Shown: positions 54,767-63,178 of the stretch, piece by piece
How the letters are laid out: the number at the start of each line of letters is the position of its first letter
Numbering within the stretch: position 1 is the first letter of the stretch
Source: Spirochaetia bacterium
GTDB taxonomy: Bacteria; Spirochaetota; Spirochaetia; UBA9216
DNA: 64,000 nt
NCBI GenBank assembly: GCA_963677925.2
Contig: CAXXYH010000004.1
Location: forward strand, 1,472,001-1,536,000
Direction: 5' to 3'
Made by a program: the position numbers and the translations under genes
The notes under the pieces: model-generated
What the model was told of the DNA's origin: nothing
Database searches by the model: none
The model's input: the letters and a program-made list of their open reading frames with translations, nothing else

Positions 54767-55639
54767 TTAAAGTTCGAATCCCAGAAAGGTTCTTACCGCC
54801 CAGCCTATGCCGAAGGATATGATAGCTACACCGATACTGATGCCTGCCATCTCAAGGAATCTGCTCTTGAAATCAAGGTCTTTGGCGACAGAAATATAAA
54901 AATTAAAGAACAGGATGATAAGCACAGCTATAGCTATTGTTATTCCAAGATCGATGAACGGATTGGGGATGATAAGAAAGGGAAGTACCAGAAGGGTAAC
55001 AGTTATTATATAGGCCAGGCCTGTATAAATACTTGAACTGAATCCCCCTTCCTCCTTTTCCTCTCTCTTGGAAAGGTATTCGCTTGCTGCCATTGAGAGT
55101 GATGCGGATATACCGGTAATCAGACCGAGAAGGGCAATGTTTCTGCTGTCCTGTATTGCGAAGGTGTAGCCTGCAAGTGCACCTGTAAGCTCGACAAGGG
55201 CATCATTGAGTCCAAGAACTATTGAACCTATATAGTTAAGGCGTTTTTCATTGAGCATATCGATGAGTTCACGTTCATGCCGTTCCTCTTCTTCGATGAC
55301 CAGCTTAAGTTCGGGCAGATATTCTTCTATTAAAGAATATCCCTCATGAGCTTCCTGCTCACCGTTTTCAAGCAGTTTGAAAGCGAATGTCAGTCCCAGT
55401 ATCCTTGCAATTATTTTGAAAATCAGTACATACAGGAATCTTGGTTTTATATCCATCCCCGAGAATTTTTTCAGGTAGTCATAGTGCTTTTTTTCATCAG
55501 CAGCTATGGTTTTAAGAATTTTCGCATTCTCAGGGTTTTTGCATGAAGCGGCAATGCTGCTGTATATAAGATGGGCTTCTATCTCGTTGCGCTGGTCTCT
55601 GCGGATCTCCAGCCTGACTTTTTCAGGTATATCTGACAT
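54767..55639 (-). CDS. Ferritin/rubrerythrin-like domain + VIT1/CCC1 transporter (MbfA-like)
   Basis: ExxH motifs (DEKKH, EERHE); GSIVLGLNDALVELTGALAG, ASLSMAASEYLS. Confidence 0.92.
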   Translation of the reverse strand: MSDIPEKVRLEIRRDQRNEIEAHLIYSSIAASCKNPENAKILKTIAADEKKHYDYLKKFSGMDIKPRFLYVLIFKIIARILGLTFAFKLLENGEQEAHEGYSLIEEYLPELKLVIEEEERHERELIDMLNEKRLNYIGSIVLGLNDALVELTGALAGYTFAIQDSRNIALLGLITGISASLSMAASEYLSKREEKEEGGFSSSIYTGLAYIITVTLLVLPFLIIPNPFIDLGITIAIAVLIILFFNFYISVAKDLDFKSRFLEMAGISIGVAIISFGIGWAVRTFLGFEL

Positions 55640-55727
55640 TATTTTCTCCTGGTTTTATTGTGTAAATATTGAGGACTGACTGTCAATAGAATATTTCAGA
55701 AATAATTTAAAATACGACGGCCGGAGT

Positions 55728-56669
55728 TCAGTTGTTTAAAACGGCGAGTGCTGTCTGTTCATCAATAATGAGATGGCTGAATATCCTTGATTTCAGTCCT
55801 GCAGAAACAGCCTTCGCTTTTTCAAGCCCGGCCACTATACAGAAAACCTTCGGTATTTTTTTCAGCTGTTCATGGCTGCAAACCATAAGCAGTTCTGTTG
55901 CATCGCCCGACAGAAAATTGCCGTCCTTATCGAAGGGCCAGCCGCAGATATCTCCTACTGCATTATTGAATACAGGGGATTTATCATCTTCGAGATCGAG
56001 GTATTTCCGCCATATTTCATCTGTAGTGTCTGAAGGCGGAACCCCGATTGATGTGACGGCTATATCGAGGGTATCCCAGTACTGGACAATCTTTTTCATC
56101 ATAGAGCTGTTTTTATACAGCTGCAGATCTTCAAGGCTTTCGGCCATTGCCGGTGCATGTATGAAGTTGGGAGTAGCATTCAGCTTTTCGGCAAAATCAC
56201 GAACCATTTCGTTTATCTGAAATCGTTTATGAGCACGGTTGCTCCCGCCGATCAGGGGTACTATGTTCAAATCGATATAGGTATTTTCATCATTGTAATA
56301 CTGGGTCATGAATTCATAGCAGGTACGGCCCCATGCAATACCGATGTTAAGCCCGGGAAGCAGCTCTTCGTTAAATATTTCTATTGCCCTTTCCGCGGCA
56401 AGTTTAAGCAGAAGGTTGGAATCTCTTATAGATGTGGGGACTACAAAACATCGCTCAAGACTGTATTTCTCAATAAGTCTTGAGGCAAGCGCCTCATTGT
56501 TTCCCAGAGGGTTTCTCAGTTTAATTTCAACTATTCCCGCTTCTCTTGCCTGGGTCAGAAACATCGAGATTGATGATCTGGAACGTTTTATGATTGAGGC
56601 AATTTCTTCCTGTTTTTTCCCTTCCAGATAATACATTCTGGCGACATTGTAAAGCAGCTGTTTATCCAC
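55728..56669 (-). CDS. SorC/DeoR-family sugar-binding transcriptional regulator
   Basis: VARMYYLEGKKQEEIA, AREAGIVEI, GIAWGRT, VPLIGG, AVGDICG, LIIDE. GTG start after GAGG. Confidence 0.94.
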   Translation of the reverse strand: MDKQLLYNVARMYYLEGKKQEEIASIIKRSRSSISMFLTQAREAGIVEIKLRNPLGNNEALASRLIEKYSLERCFVVPTSIRDSNLLLKLAAERAIEIFNEELLPGLNIGIAWGRTCYEFMTQYYNDENTYIDLNIVPLIGGSNRAHKRFQINEMVRDFAEKLNATPNFIHAPAMAESLEDLQLYKNSSMMKKIVQYWDTLDIAVTSIGVPPSDTTDEIWRKYLDLEDDKSPVFNNAVGDICGWPFDKDGNFLSGDATELLMVCSHEQLKKIPKVFCIVAGLEKAKAVSAGLKSRIFSHLIIDEQTALAVLNN

Positions 56670-56735
56670 TGAGCACCTCTGAAGATATGATTATACCAGT
56701 TTCGCATGAGAATCTTCAAGTTGATTCATATTATG

Positions 56736-58199
56736 CTATTTTACTGCTTCAAGATACTTTTTAAACAGCTGAAATTTCCGTTCATAAACGGCTGTATTTT
56801 CTTTAACCGGCTCAATAACCCTGGAGACTCTTACCATTTCTTTGGCTGCTTCTGCAAGATCCTGATAGGTGCCTGCGCCTACAGCGGCTCCCATTGATGC
56901 TCCAAGGGTTCCAAGTTCATCACCCTCGGTTATTTCTACCGGAAGTCCGAGGATATCTGCAAAGATCTGAACCCATTCCTTTGATTTCGAAGCGCCGCCG
57001 GATATTCTTATTTTTCTGGGTTTGTCCCGGTATTTAAGCAGCTTGTCGATGTGAAGTCTGTGTCCGAAAACAACACCTTCATATATTGCCCGAAGCATAT
57101 GGGCTCTTGTGTGCCATCCATAGAGACCTATAAAACTCGAAGACATTTCTTCTTTCAGGTTCGAGCCGAATAGATACGGGAAAAATATTAGATCTGATTC
57201 GTCAGGTTTTACTGATTCTACCAGTTTGTTTGCCGCGTCATAGTCGGAACTTTCTATTATATTGTTCATAAACCATTCAAGGTTTGAAGCTGATGTTGGA
57301 CTTGCCTCGGTTACAAGCCAGTATCCGGGGATGCCGTAGATGCTTGTCATGAACAGTTCTTCGGCTCCCACCGGAGAACTGCTTATAAATTCGTTTATAC
57401 TCCAGGTGCCTGCAATTACAGTGAGATCCTTATCATCGGTAAGACCTGTAGCAATAGCGCAGGCGTGAATATCAAAAAAGCCTCCCATAACCGGTGTTCC
57501 GGCCTTAAGCCCGGTTGCCGCAGCAGTGCTTTCTGAAACATAACCGCAGATATCTGTAGAGTTTTTAAGCGGCGGAAGCTTTGGAAGTATCTCAGGGATT
57601 CCGAAATCAGCAAGAAGGTCTTCATCATAGTTTCCGGTAAGTACATTCACCATGTTGGTTCCTGAGTAGTCGGTTATTTCTGCATAAACTTCGCCGGTCA
57701 GTTTGAAACGGATATAGTCTTTGCACATCAGTATCCAGCGGGTTTTTTCTATAATAGAGGGATTATTATCTTTGAACCAGTTTACAAGTGCAACAGGCTG
57801 AGCTGCCCATATTGACTGAAGGGTCTTCTTATTGATTTTTTCAAATGTACCGTCACTGTACCACTTGTCAACATATGATTTTGCTCTCATATCTGTTGAT
57901 ATGATACCGTTCATAACAGCATCGCCGTTTTCATCGATCAGGAACATTCCGTTTCCGTGACCGGTCTGTGATATTCCTGCAATTTCGTCAGCAGATATAT
58001 CCGCCTGTGAGAGAGCCTCTTTTATGGCCTGGACATTGGCGTTCCAGAATTCGTTCATATCCTTCTCAGTATGACCCGATTCCGGGTAGAGCATTTCCAC
58101 CTTTCTGCTGGCAATTGATATCTCATTGCCTTTTGAATCGTAAATGCCGACCTTGCAGACTGTTCCGCCGTTGTCTATTCCCATAAATAACTTTCTCAT
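56736..58199 (-). CDS. FGGY carbohydrate kinase, L-xylulokinase (LyxK/SgbK)-like
   Basis: GIDNGGTVCK, TGHGNG, STDMRA, CKDYIRFKLTG, FDIHAC, AGTWSINE, SPTSASNLEWF, SGGASKS. Confidence 0.9.
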   Translation of the reverse strand: MRKLFMGIDNGGTVCKVGIYDSKGNEISIASRKVEMLYPESGHTEKDMNEFWNANVQAIKEALSQADISADEIAGISQTGHGNGMFLIDENGDAVMNGIISTDMRAKSYVDKWYSDGTFEKINKKTLQSIWAAQPVALVNWFKDNNPSIIEKTRWILMCKDYIRFKLTGEVYAEITDYSGTNMVNVLTGNYDEDLLADFGIPEILPKLPPLKNSTDICGYVSESTAAATGLKAGTPVMGGFFDIHACAIATGLTDDKDLTVIAGTWSINEFISSSPVGAEELFMTSIYGIPGYWLVTEASPTSASNLEWFMNNIIESSDYDAANKLVESVKPDESDLIFFPYLFGSNLKEEMSSSFIGLYGWHTRAHMLRAIYEGVVFGHRLHIDKLLKYRDKPRKIRISGGASKSKEWVQIFADILGLPVEITEGDELGTLGASMGAAVGAGTYQDLAEAAKEMVRVSRVIEPVKENTAVYERKFQLFKKYLEAVK

Positions 58200-58210
58200 C
58201 AACACACCTC

Positions 58211-59044
58211 TTAAAACATATTCTCTATTACGAAATTCTTTGCGGCTTTAAGCTCTTCCATTGTGTCAGTGCTTTCATCAGCCCACATCTCAATGACTAT
58301 CATCCCTTTGAATTCTGCAGTCTTTACAGCTTCTGATGCACGTTGAAAGTCTACAGTACCCTTGCCGAAGGGGATCCTTCTGACTACGCCGGGATTTGTA
58401 TCTTTTATGTGCATGGCTGCTATGTGCCCCCTGGCAGAGGCCAGATCCAGAACTATGTCGTTGCCCATAGCTGAACTGTTGCCCAGATCGGGATAGGCCT
58501 GAAGATAGGGGGAGTCAAACATTTTTACATAGGTCATAACGCGTTCTATGGAGGGCATGAAAATTATGCCCATATTTTCAATAGCAAGGGTTACTCCGCG
58601 CTTCTCTGCATAGCGGAGTGATTTTTCAAGATTGGAAAGGTAGTTATCCTGCGATTGCTGAGTACTCTCCTCATCATATGCCGCGTCGTAGCCGGCAAGC
58701 TGCACAATCCTTATCCCTGTGTCGGATGCAAAGTCTATCGCATCGAACATCAGCTTCATGCCTGCGGTACGGATATCTTCATAGCAGCTTCCAATCGGAT
58801 AACGCCGATGCCCGCTCAGGCACATGGTCGGAACTTTCAGGCCTGAATTGAGCACTGCCTTTACGAAATCTTTCTTTTCACTCATAGACCAGTTCATTCT
58901 TGAAAGTCTGTAGTCGCTCTCATCCACTGATATTTCGACAAAGCTGAATCCTGCTTCACCGGCATACTCAAGAAGCTGCGGCCATTCCATTCCTTCGGGA
59001 ACAGCTTTCTCATATAGTCCGAACTGGTAATTATCAATATTCAT
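58211..59044 (-). CDS. ulaE: L-xylulose-5-phosphate 3-epimerase (UlaE/SgbU)
   Basis: GLYEKA, FVEISVDESD, MCLSGHRRYP, IVQLAGYD, YPDLGN, HIKDT, IEMW. Confidence 0.92.
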   Translation of the reverse strand: MNIDNYQFGLYEKAVPEGMEWPQLLEYAGEAGFSFVEISVDESDYRLSRMNWSMSEKKDFVKAVLNSGLKVPTMCLSGHRRYPIGSCYEDIRTAGMKLMFDAIDFASDTGIRIVQLAGYDAAYDEESTQQSQDNYLSNLEKSLRYAEKRGVTLAIENMGIIFMPSIERVMTYVKMFDSPYLQAYPDLGNSSAMGNDIVLDLASARGHIAAMHIKDTNPGVVRRIPFGKGTVDFQRASEAVKTAEFKGMIVIEMWADESTDTMEELKAAKNFVIENMF

Positions 59045-59049
59045 AACTG

Positions 59050-59691
59050 TTATTTTGACTGTCCGTAATCTTTAAAAACATTAACTGCTTCAACAAACTG
59101 TTCATCTGTAAGAAGAACCGGTTCGCCCATAGATTTTGCTACAAAGAGGGTTTTTACAGCATCCTCAAGATATACTGCGGCATAAAGAGCTTCCTTGATT
59201 GTTTTACCGACAGTAATTACGCCGTGGTTTTTGAGGATTACCGCATTTGAATCACCGATGTTGTCTACGGTTTCTTCACCCATAGCAAGGCTTGCCGCAG
59301 AGCTGAAGGGAGCTACATGAACTTCACCGGCACAAGCGTTCGCAAGTGTTGTTACGGCATTGGGGACCTTGTCGTATACCATGCCGACTGCTGTTGCATA
59401 TACCTGATGTGTGTGGATAATTGCGTTTACTCTTTCCATGTTCTTATAAACATGAAGGAGGGCAATTGAATCAACGGAGGGTCTTCTTGTTCCCTCTATT
59501 ATGTTTCCGTCTATATCCATAACTACAATATCATCTGCAACCATGGTGTCGTATGCCATGCCTGAAGGAGTTACAAGTATTTTGTTATCCGGCATTCTGC
59601 TGCTGACATTTCCCCCTGAAAGTGCAATGAGGTTGTATTCTTTCAGCGCCTGGCCTGTTTTAATGAGTTCATTTTTCTCTTTTTCGTACAT
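59050..59691 (-). CDS. Class II aldolase/epimerase, probably L-ribulose-5-phosphate 4-epimerase by context
   Basis: GGNVSSR, TPSG, RPSVD, HTH, NHG; the D after PS favours an AraD-type enzyme over FucA. Confidence 0.85.
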   Translation of the reverse strand: MYEKEKNELIKTGQALKEYNLIALSGGNVSSRMPDNKILVTPSGMAYDTMVADDIVVMDIDGNIIEGTRRPSVDSIALLHVYKNMERVNAIIHTHQVYATAVGMVYDKVPNAVTTLANACAGEVHVAPFSSAASLAMGEETVDNIGDSNAVILKNHGVITVGKTIKEALYAAVYLEDAVKTLFVAKSMGEPVLLTDEQFVEAVNVFKDYGQSK

Positions 59692-59724
59692 TATCTTCTC
59701 CTGTGGTTTTTAGTAGGATGCGAT

Positions 59725-59783
59725 AATTTAACATGGTTCATGTCGTATGTCAAATAAAATGACAAATGTTAAAACATATGTCA
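59725..59783 (-). promoter_or_regulatory. sigma70 promoter of the catabolic operon with three TGACAWATGTCA-like operators
   Basis: TTGACA (59753-59748)-N17-TAAATT; plus-strand TGTCGTATGTCA (59741), TGACAAATGTTA (59760), AAACATATGTCA (59772). Confidence 0.65.
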
Positions 59784-59788
59784 GTAAA

Positions 59789-61621
59789 TCAGATGAAATG
59801 AGGGATCAGTATTGTAAATACACAGCCCGATTCAGGATGGTTTTCGACGGTAATTTTCCCGTTCATTTTATTAACTATTCCGTAAGATACCGACAGGCCT
59901 AGACCCAGGTTGTTTCCTGTTGCGTTTTTCTTTGAGAAAAACGGCAGGAAAATATTCTTTTTATCATCCTCGCTTATTCCAGGGCCGGTATCCCTGAATA
60001 CCATCTTCGCATAGCTGATTCCGCCTTCCGAAACTGATGTAAGTGATATTTCAAGTCTGCCTTCGCTGTTAACCGCTTCGAAACTGTTTTTGATGATATT
60101 GAGAATAATCTGCTTTACCTCTGTCCGGTTGCAGGCAACCAGAACTGCTGATTCGGGATCTGAATAATTTATTTCAATATTTCTTTTTTTTGCATTGTAG
60201 GAGATAAGCTGAATAATGTGACCAAGTACTTCGGATAGATCAATTACCTCGGTCTTTTCACTCGCACTGTCGCTGAATGATACCAGGTTGCTGACAATCT
60301 GTACGATGCTTTCAACCTCTTCCTCTATGTTATCAAGCACCTTGTCCAGCCGACCATCCGGAAGCATGGTCCTCAGATAGTCAATTTCATTGACTATTAT
60401 CTCAAGCGGGTTGTTGATTTCATGGGATACCCCGGCTGCAAGCAGTCCTACAGACCCCAGTTTTTCTGAAAAGTTAAGCTTCTCCCGGAGTGATTCCTGC
60501 TCGGTAATGTCTCCGACAATAATCATACTTCCTATGTACATAGTTCCGTCATAGATAGGATAGGTGGTTATTGTATTGATGGTCTCGTTTCCGCTGTTGT
60601 GTTTCAGCCGGACTGTGAAGGTTTCAAGCTGTCTTTTTTTAAGTGATTCAAAAACAGATTCAAGGATTTCCGGATTTCCGTTCAGGTTGAAAAACTCATC
60701 AATGCTCTGTCCGATAACAGGCTTATCACCGATTGAGAAGTAAGTCTTGGCATTGTTGTTAAGCAGTCTGAGTATCCGGTACTCATCAACTACAATCAGG
60801 TTCATGGGCAGGTTTTCAAGTATGGCCCTGTTGTATTTAAGCAGCTGGTAGAACTCCTGAGTGGTTGTGTCCAGACTGCTTTCCTGTACAACCTGAGTGT
60901 ATGCAAGCTTTATCAGATTGATCTTGTCGATATTTTTGATGGATTCGGTAGTAAGAATCCTTCCGTTTCTGATTACCGATACCCTGTCTGCAAAAGTGTA
61001 GACATCATCAATTCGATGAGTAATGAAAATAATGCTTGTGCCTTCCTCTTTTCTCTTTTTAAGTTCGGGAATGATTCTGTTAATATCGACAGCTGTCATC
61101 TTCTCAAAGGTTTCATCAAGTATCAGAAGCGCAGGGTCAGTGTGAAGGTGTTTGAGCAGTTCCAGCAGAACCTTCTCGGTATCCTTAAGAGTGCTCAGTC
61201 TTCGATGGCTGCGGAAATTGAAGCCGAGTGAGTCAAAAAAATCATCTGCCTTTCTGTTCAGTTCCTTGTTTGTGAAAAAACTCTTCATGAAGAAACGGGG
61301 ATCGTTGGCAAAAAGGTTCTGCGCGATTGAGAGCCTCTCATACTGCTCAATTTCCTGCATAACTATCTCTATTCCCTGCTCCTTTGCGGAACCCGGCTGA
61401 AAATATGCAGTCTGACTGGCATCCCAGAAAAGCTGTCCGGAATCAGGTTTTACATGGCCGGAAAGGATCATTGCCAGCGAAGATTTGCCCGCACCATGCT
61501 CTCCTATGACTGCATGAATTTCGCCCTTTCGGACGCTGAAATCAATTTTGCGCAGTACACTTGTCTGGCCGTAATTTAAACAGATTTTCTTTAGTTCTAT
61601 GATGTTCGTATCAGAGGACAT
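59789..61621 (-). CDS. Soluble histidine kinase with N-terminal sugar-ABC ATPase domain (NBD-PAS-HisKA-HATPase)
   Basis: GEHGAGKS, MQE, LLILDE, FITH, ADRVSVIRNG; PAS ILENLPMNLIVVD; AAGVSHEINNPL, LNIIKNSFEA, DTGPGI, FLPFFS, GLGLSVSYGIV; no TM. Confidence 0.93.
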   Translation of the reverse strand: MSSDTNIIELKKICLNYGQTSVLRKIDFSVRKGEIHAVIGEHGAGKSSLAMILSGHVKPDSGQLFWDASQTAYFQPGSAKEQGIEIVMQEIEQYERLSIAQNLFANDPRFFMKSFFTNKELNRKADDFFDSLGFNFRSHRRLSTLKDTEKVLLELLKHLHTDPALLILDETFEKMTAVDINRIIPELKKRKEEGTSIIFITHRIDDVYTFADRVSVIRNGRILTTESIKNIDKINLIKLAYTQVVQESSLDTTTQEFYQLLKYNRAILENLPMNLIVVDEYRILRLLNNNAKTYFSIGDKPVIGQSIDEFFNLNGNPEILESVFESLKKRQLETFTVRLKHNSGNETINTITTYPIYDGTMYIGSMIIVGDITEQESLREKLNFSEKLGSVGLLAAGVSHEINNPLEIIVNEIDYLRTMLPDGRLDKVLDNIEEEVESIVQIVSNLVSFSDSASEKTEVIDLSEVLGHIIQLISYNAKKRNIEINYSDPESAVLVACNRTEVKQIILNIIKNSFEAVNSEGRLEISLTSVSEGGISYAKMVFRDTGPGISEDDKKNIFLPFFSKKNATGNNLGLGLSVSYGIVNKMNGKITVENHPESGCVFTILIPHFI

Positions 61622-62918
61622 CTGTAATACCGTATTTAGTCATCTTGCTGTACAGGGTTGTCCTTGAAATACTCAGTTCCTCTGCCGCTTTCTTTTTATT
61701 ATATGAGTGTCTAATAAGAGTTTTGATTATAAGCTCTTTTTCAACTGCCATAACCGGAGTGAGTGTGGCTGTTTCATCAATAGTTTTTACCGGATGCGAC
61801 ATGGGCAGATCTTCAGGAAGCATGATCCCGTTTGAACAAATTGTTGCACCGTAATTGACGGCGGCTTTCAGCTCTCTCACATTTCCCGGCCAGTCATAAT
61901 TCAGAAGCAGTTCCATAGCCTGGTCGGAAATTGAAACACGGGGTTTTGCTTCCTCATCAGAATAACGGTTGAGAAAGTAATCGATCAGCAGGGGGATGTC
62001 TTCCTTCCGATCTCTAAGCGGCGGAATATAAACAGAGGCGCAGTTGAGTCTGTAATACAGGTCGCTTCTAAAAAGCTTGTCGGAAACAAGTTCTTCAAGA
62101 TTCCTGTTTGTAGCCGCTATGAAGCGGACGTTAATCTTTATGATTTCCTTACCGCCGAGTCGTCTTATTTCATTTTCCTGAATGGCCCGAAGGATTTTTG
62201 CCTGAATAGATAGGGGCATGTCCCCAAGTTCATCCAGGAAGAGAGAGCCGTTATCGGCCTGTTCAAAAACCCCCTTGAAGCAGTCATTTGCCCCGGTGTA
62301 TGAACCCTTCTCGTGTCCGAAGAGCTCGTTGTCCAGCAGTGATTCCGGAAAGGCGGCACAGTTTATCTTTACGAAGTTTTTTTCTTCTCTTGGAGAGTAT
62401 TTATGAATGAGGTCGGCAAGCAGTTCTTTTCCGGTGCCGCTTTCCCCGAGAATCAGTACCGAGAGATTTGACTGCGCAAGTTTCAGTGATTTCTTTATTA
62501 CATCAACCATCCTGCTGTTGCGTGTCTGTATCTCGGGAATCGCCGGAAGCTCCCTGGATTCTTCTCTCAAAAGTGCTTTTACCTGTTCCAGCAGGGTAGG
62601 GAATCTTACAGGCTTTTTGAGGTATTCATTAGCTCCAAGCTTAATTGCCTGTACTGCTGTTTCAACGGTTGCAAAACCGGTTATCATCAGAACAGGAAGA
62701 TCCGGCATCATCTTCTTGATCATAGTCAGAGCGTCAATTCCGCTTTCCTCTCCGATCTTGATATCAACAATCGCAAGATCGATTGGGCAGCACTGGAGAA
62801 TTCCCGATGCTGTGCTTATGTCGGGAGCTGTGGCGCATTCTATTCCTACAGAACCGAAATTACGTGAAAGGGTATCAAGAATCTTCTGGTTATCATCAAG
62901 TATTAAAATTCTGCTCAT
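61611..62918 (-). CDS. sigma54-dependent response regulator (NtrC family)
   Basis: REC (LDDN, VDIKIG, ITGF, KP); GESGTGKE, NCAA, ELFGHEKGSYTGA, FLDE, QAKILR, FRSDLYYRL, WPGNVREL; Fis HTH. Confidence 0.96.
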   Translation of the reverse strand: MSRILILDDNQKILDTLSRNFGSVGIECATAPDISTASGILQCCPIDLAIVDIKIGEESGIDALTMIKKMMPDLPVLMITGFATVETAVQAIKLGANEYLKKPVRFPTLLEQVKALLREESRELPAIPEIQTRNSRMVDVIKKSLKLAQSNLSVLILGESGTGKELLADLIHKYSPREEKNFVKINCAAFPESLLDNELFGHEKGSYTGANDCFKGVFEQADNGSLFLDELGDMPLSIQAKILRAIQENEIRRLGGKEIIKINVRFIAATNRNLEELVSDKLFRSDLYYRLNCASVYIPPLRDRKEDIPLLIDYFLNRYSDEEAKPRVSISDQAMELLLNYDWPGNVRELKAAVNYGATICSNGIMLPEDLPMSHPVKTIDETATLTPVMAVEKELIIKTLIRHSYNKKKAAEELSISRTTLYSKMTKYGITDVL

Positions 62919-63007
62919 CGGTGGAAATACTTTAACACGGTTTTTTATGCAGTCAAAGATAAAACTTTACCAAACAGGGAACTGAACATTTTCTGAACAT
63001 GTAATTC

Positions 63008-63021
63008 GGACAGATCTGTCC
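63008..63021. promoter_or_regulatory. Candidate enhancer (UAS) for the sigma54 activator
   Basis: Perfect palindrome GGACAGATCTGTCC about 100 bp upstream of the sigma54 promoter, flanked by TGAACA repeats. Confidence 0.5.
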
Positions 63022-63107
63022 AGATATTGAACACATTGTTTTTGACAGTTTTTTCCGGAATCTGTTAACTTATTCTGATTATGTGACTTAGCTGTTTTTC
63101 GGATTTT

Positions 63108-63123
63108 TGGCATGCTTACTGCA
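63108..63123 (+). promoter_or_regulatory. sigma54 (-24/-12) promoter of the sugar ABC operon
   Basis: TGGCATGCTTACTGCA with GG-N10-GC. Confidence 0.8.
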
Positions 63124-63134
63124 TGTATAGATTT

Positions 63135-63146
63135 TGACAAATGTCA
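63135..63146. promoter_or_regulatory. Operator at the predicted +1 of the sugar ABC operon
   Basis: TGACAAATGTCA, the same motif as at 59760. Confidence 0.6.
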
Positions 63147-63178
63147 TAAAATAATTCAATCACAAAAGGAGAGAGATT

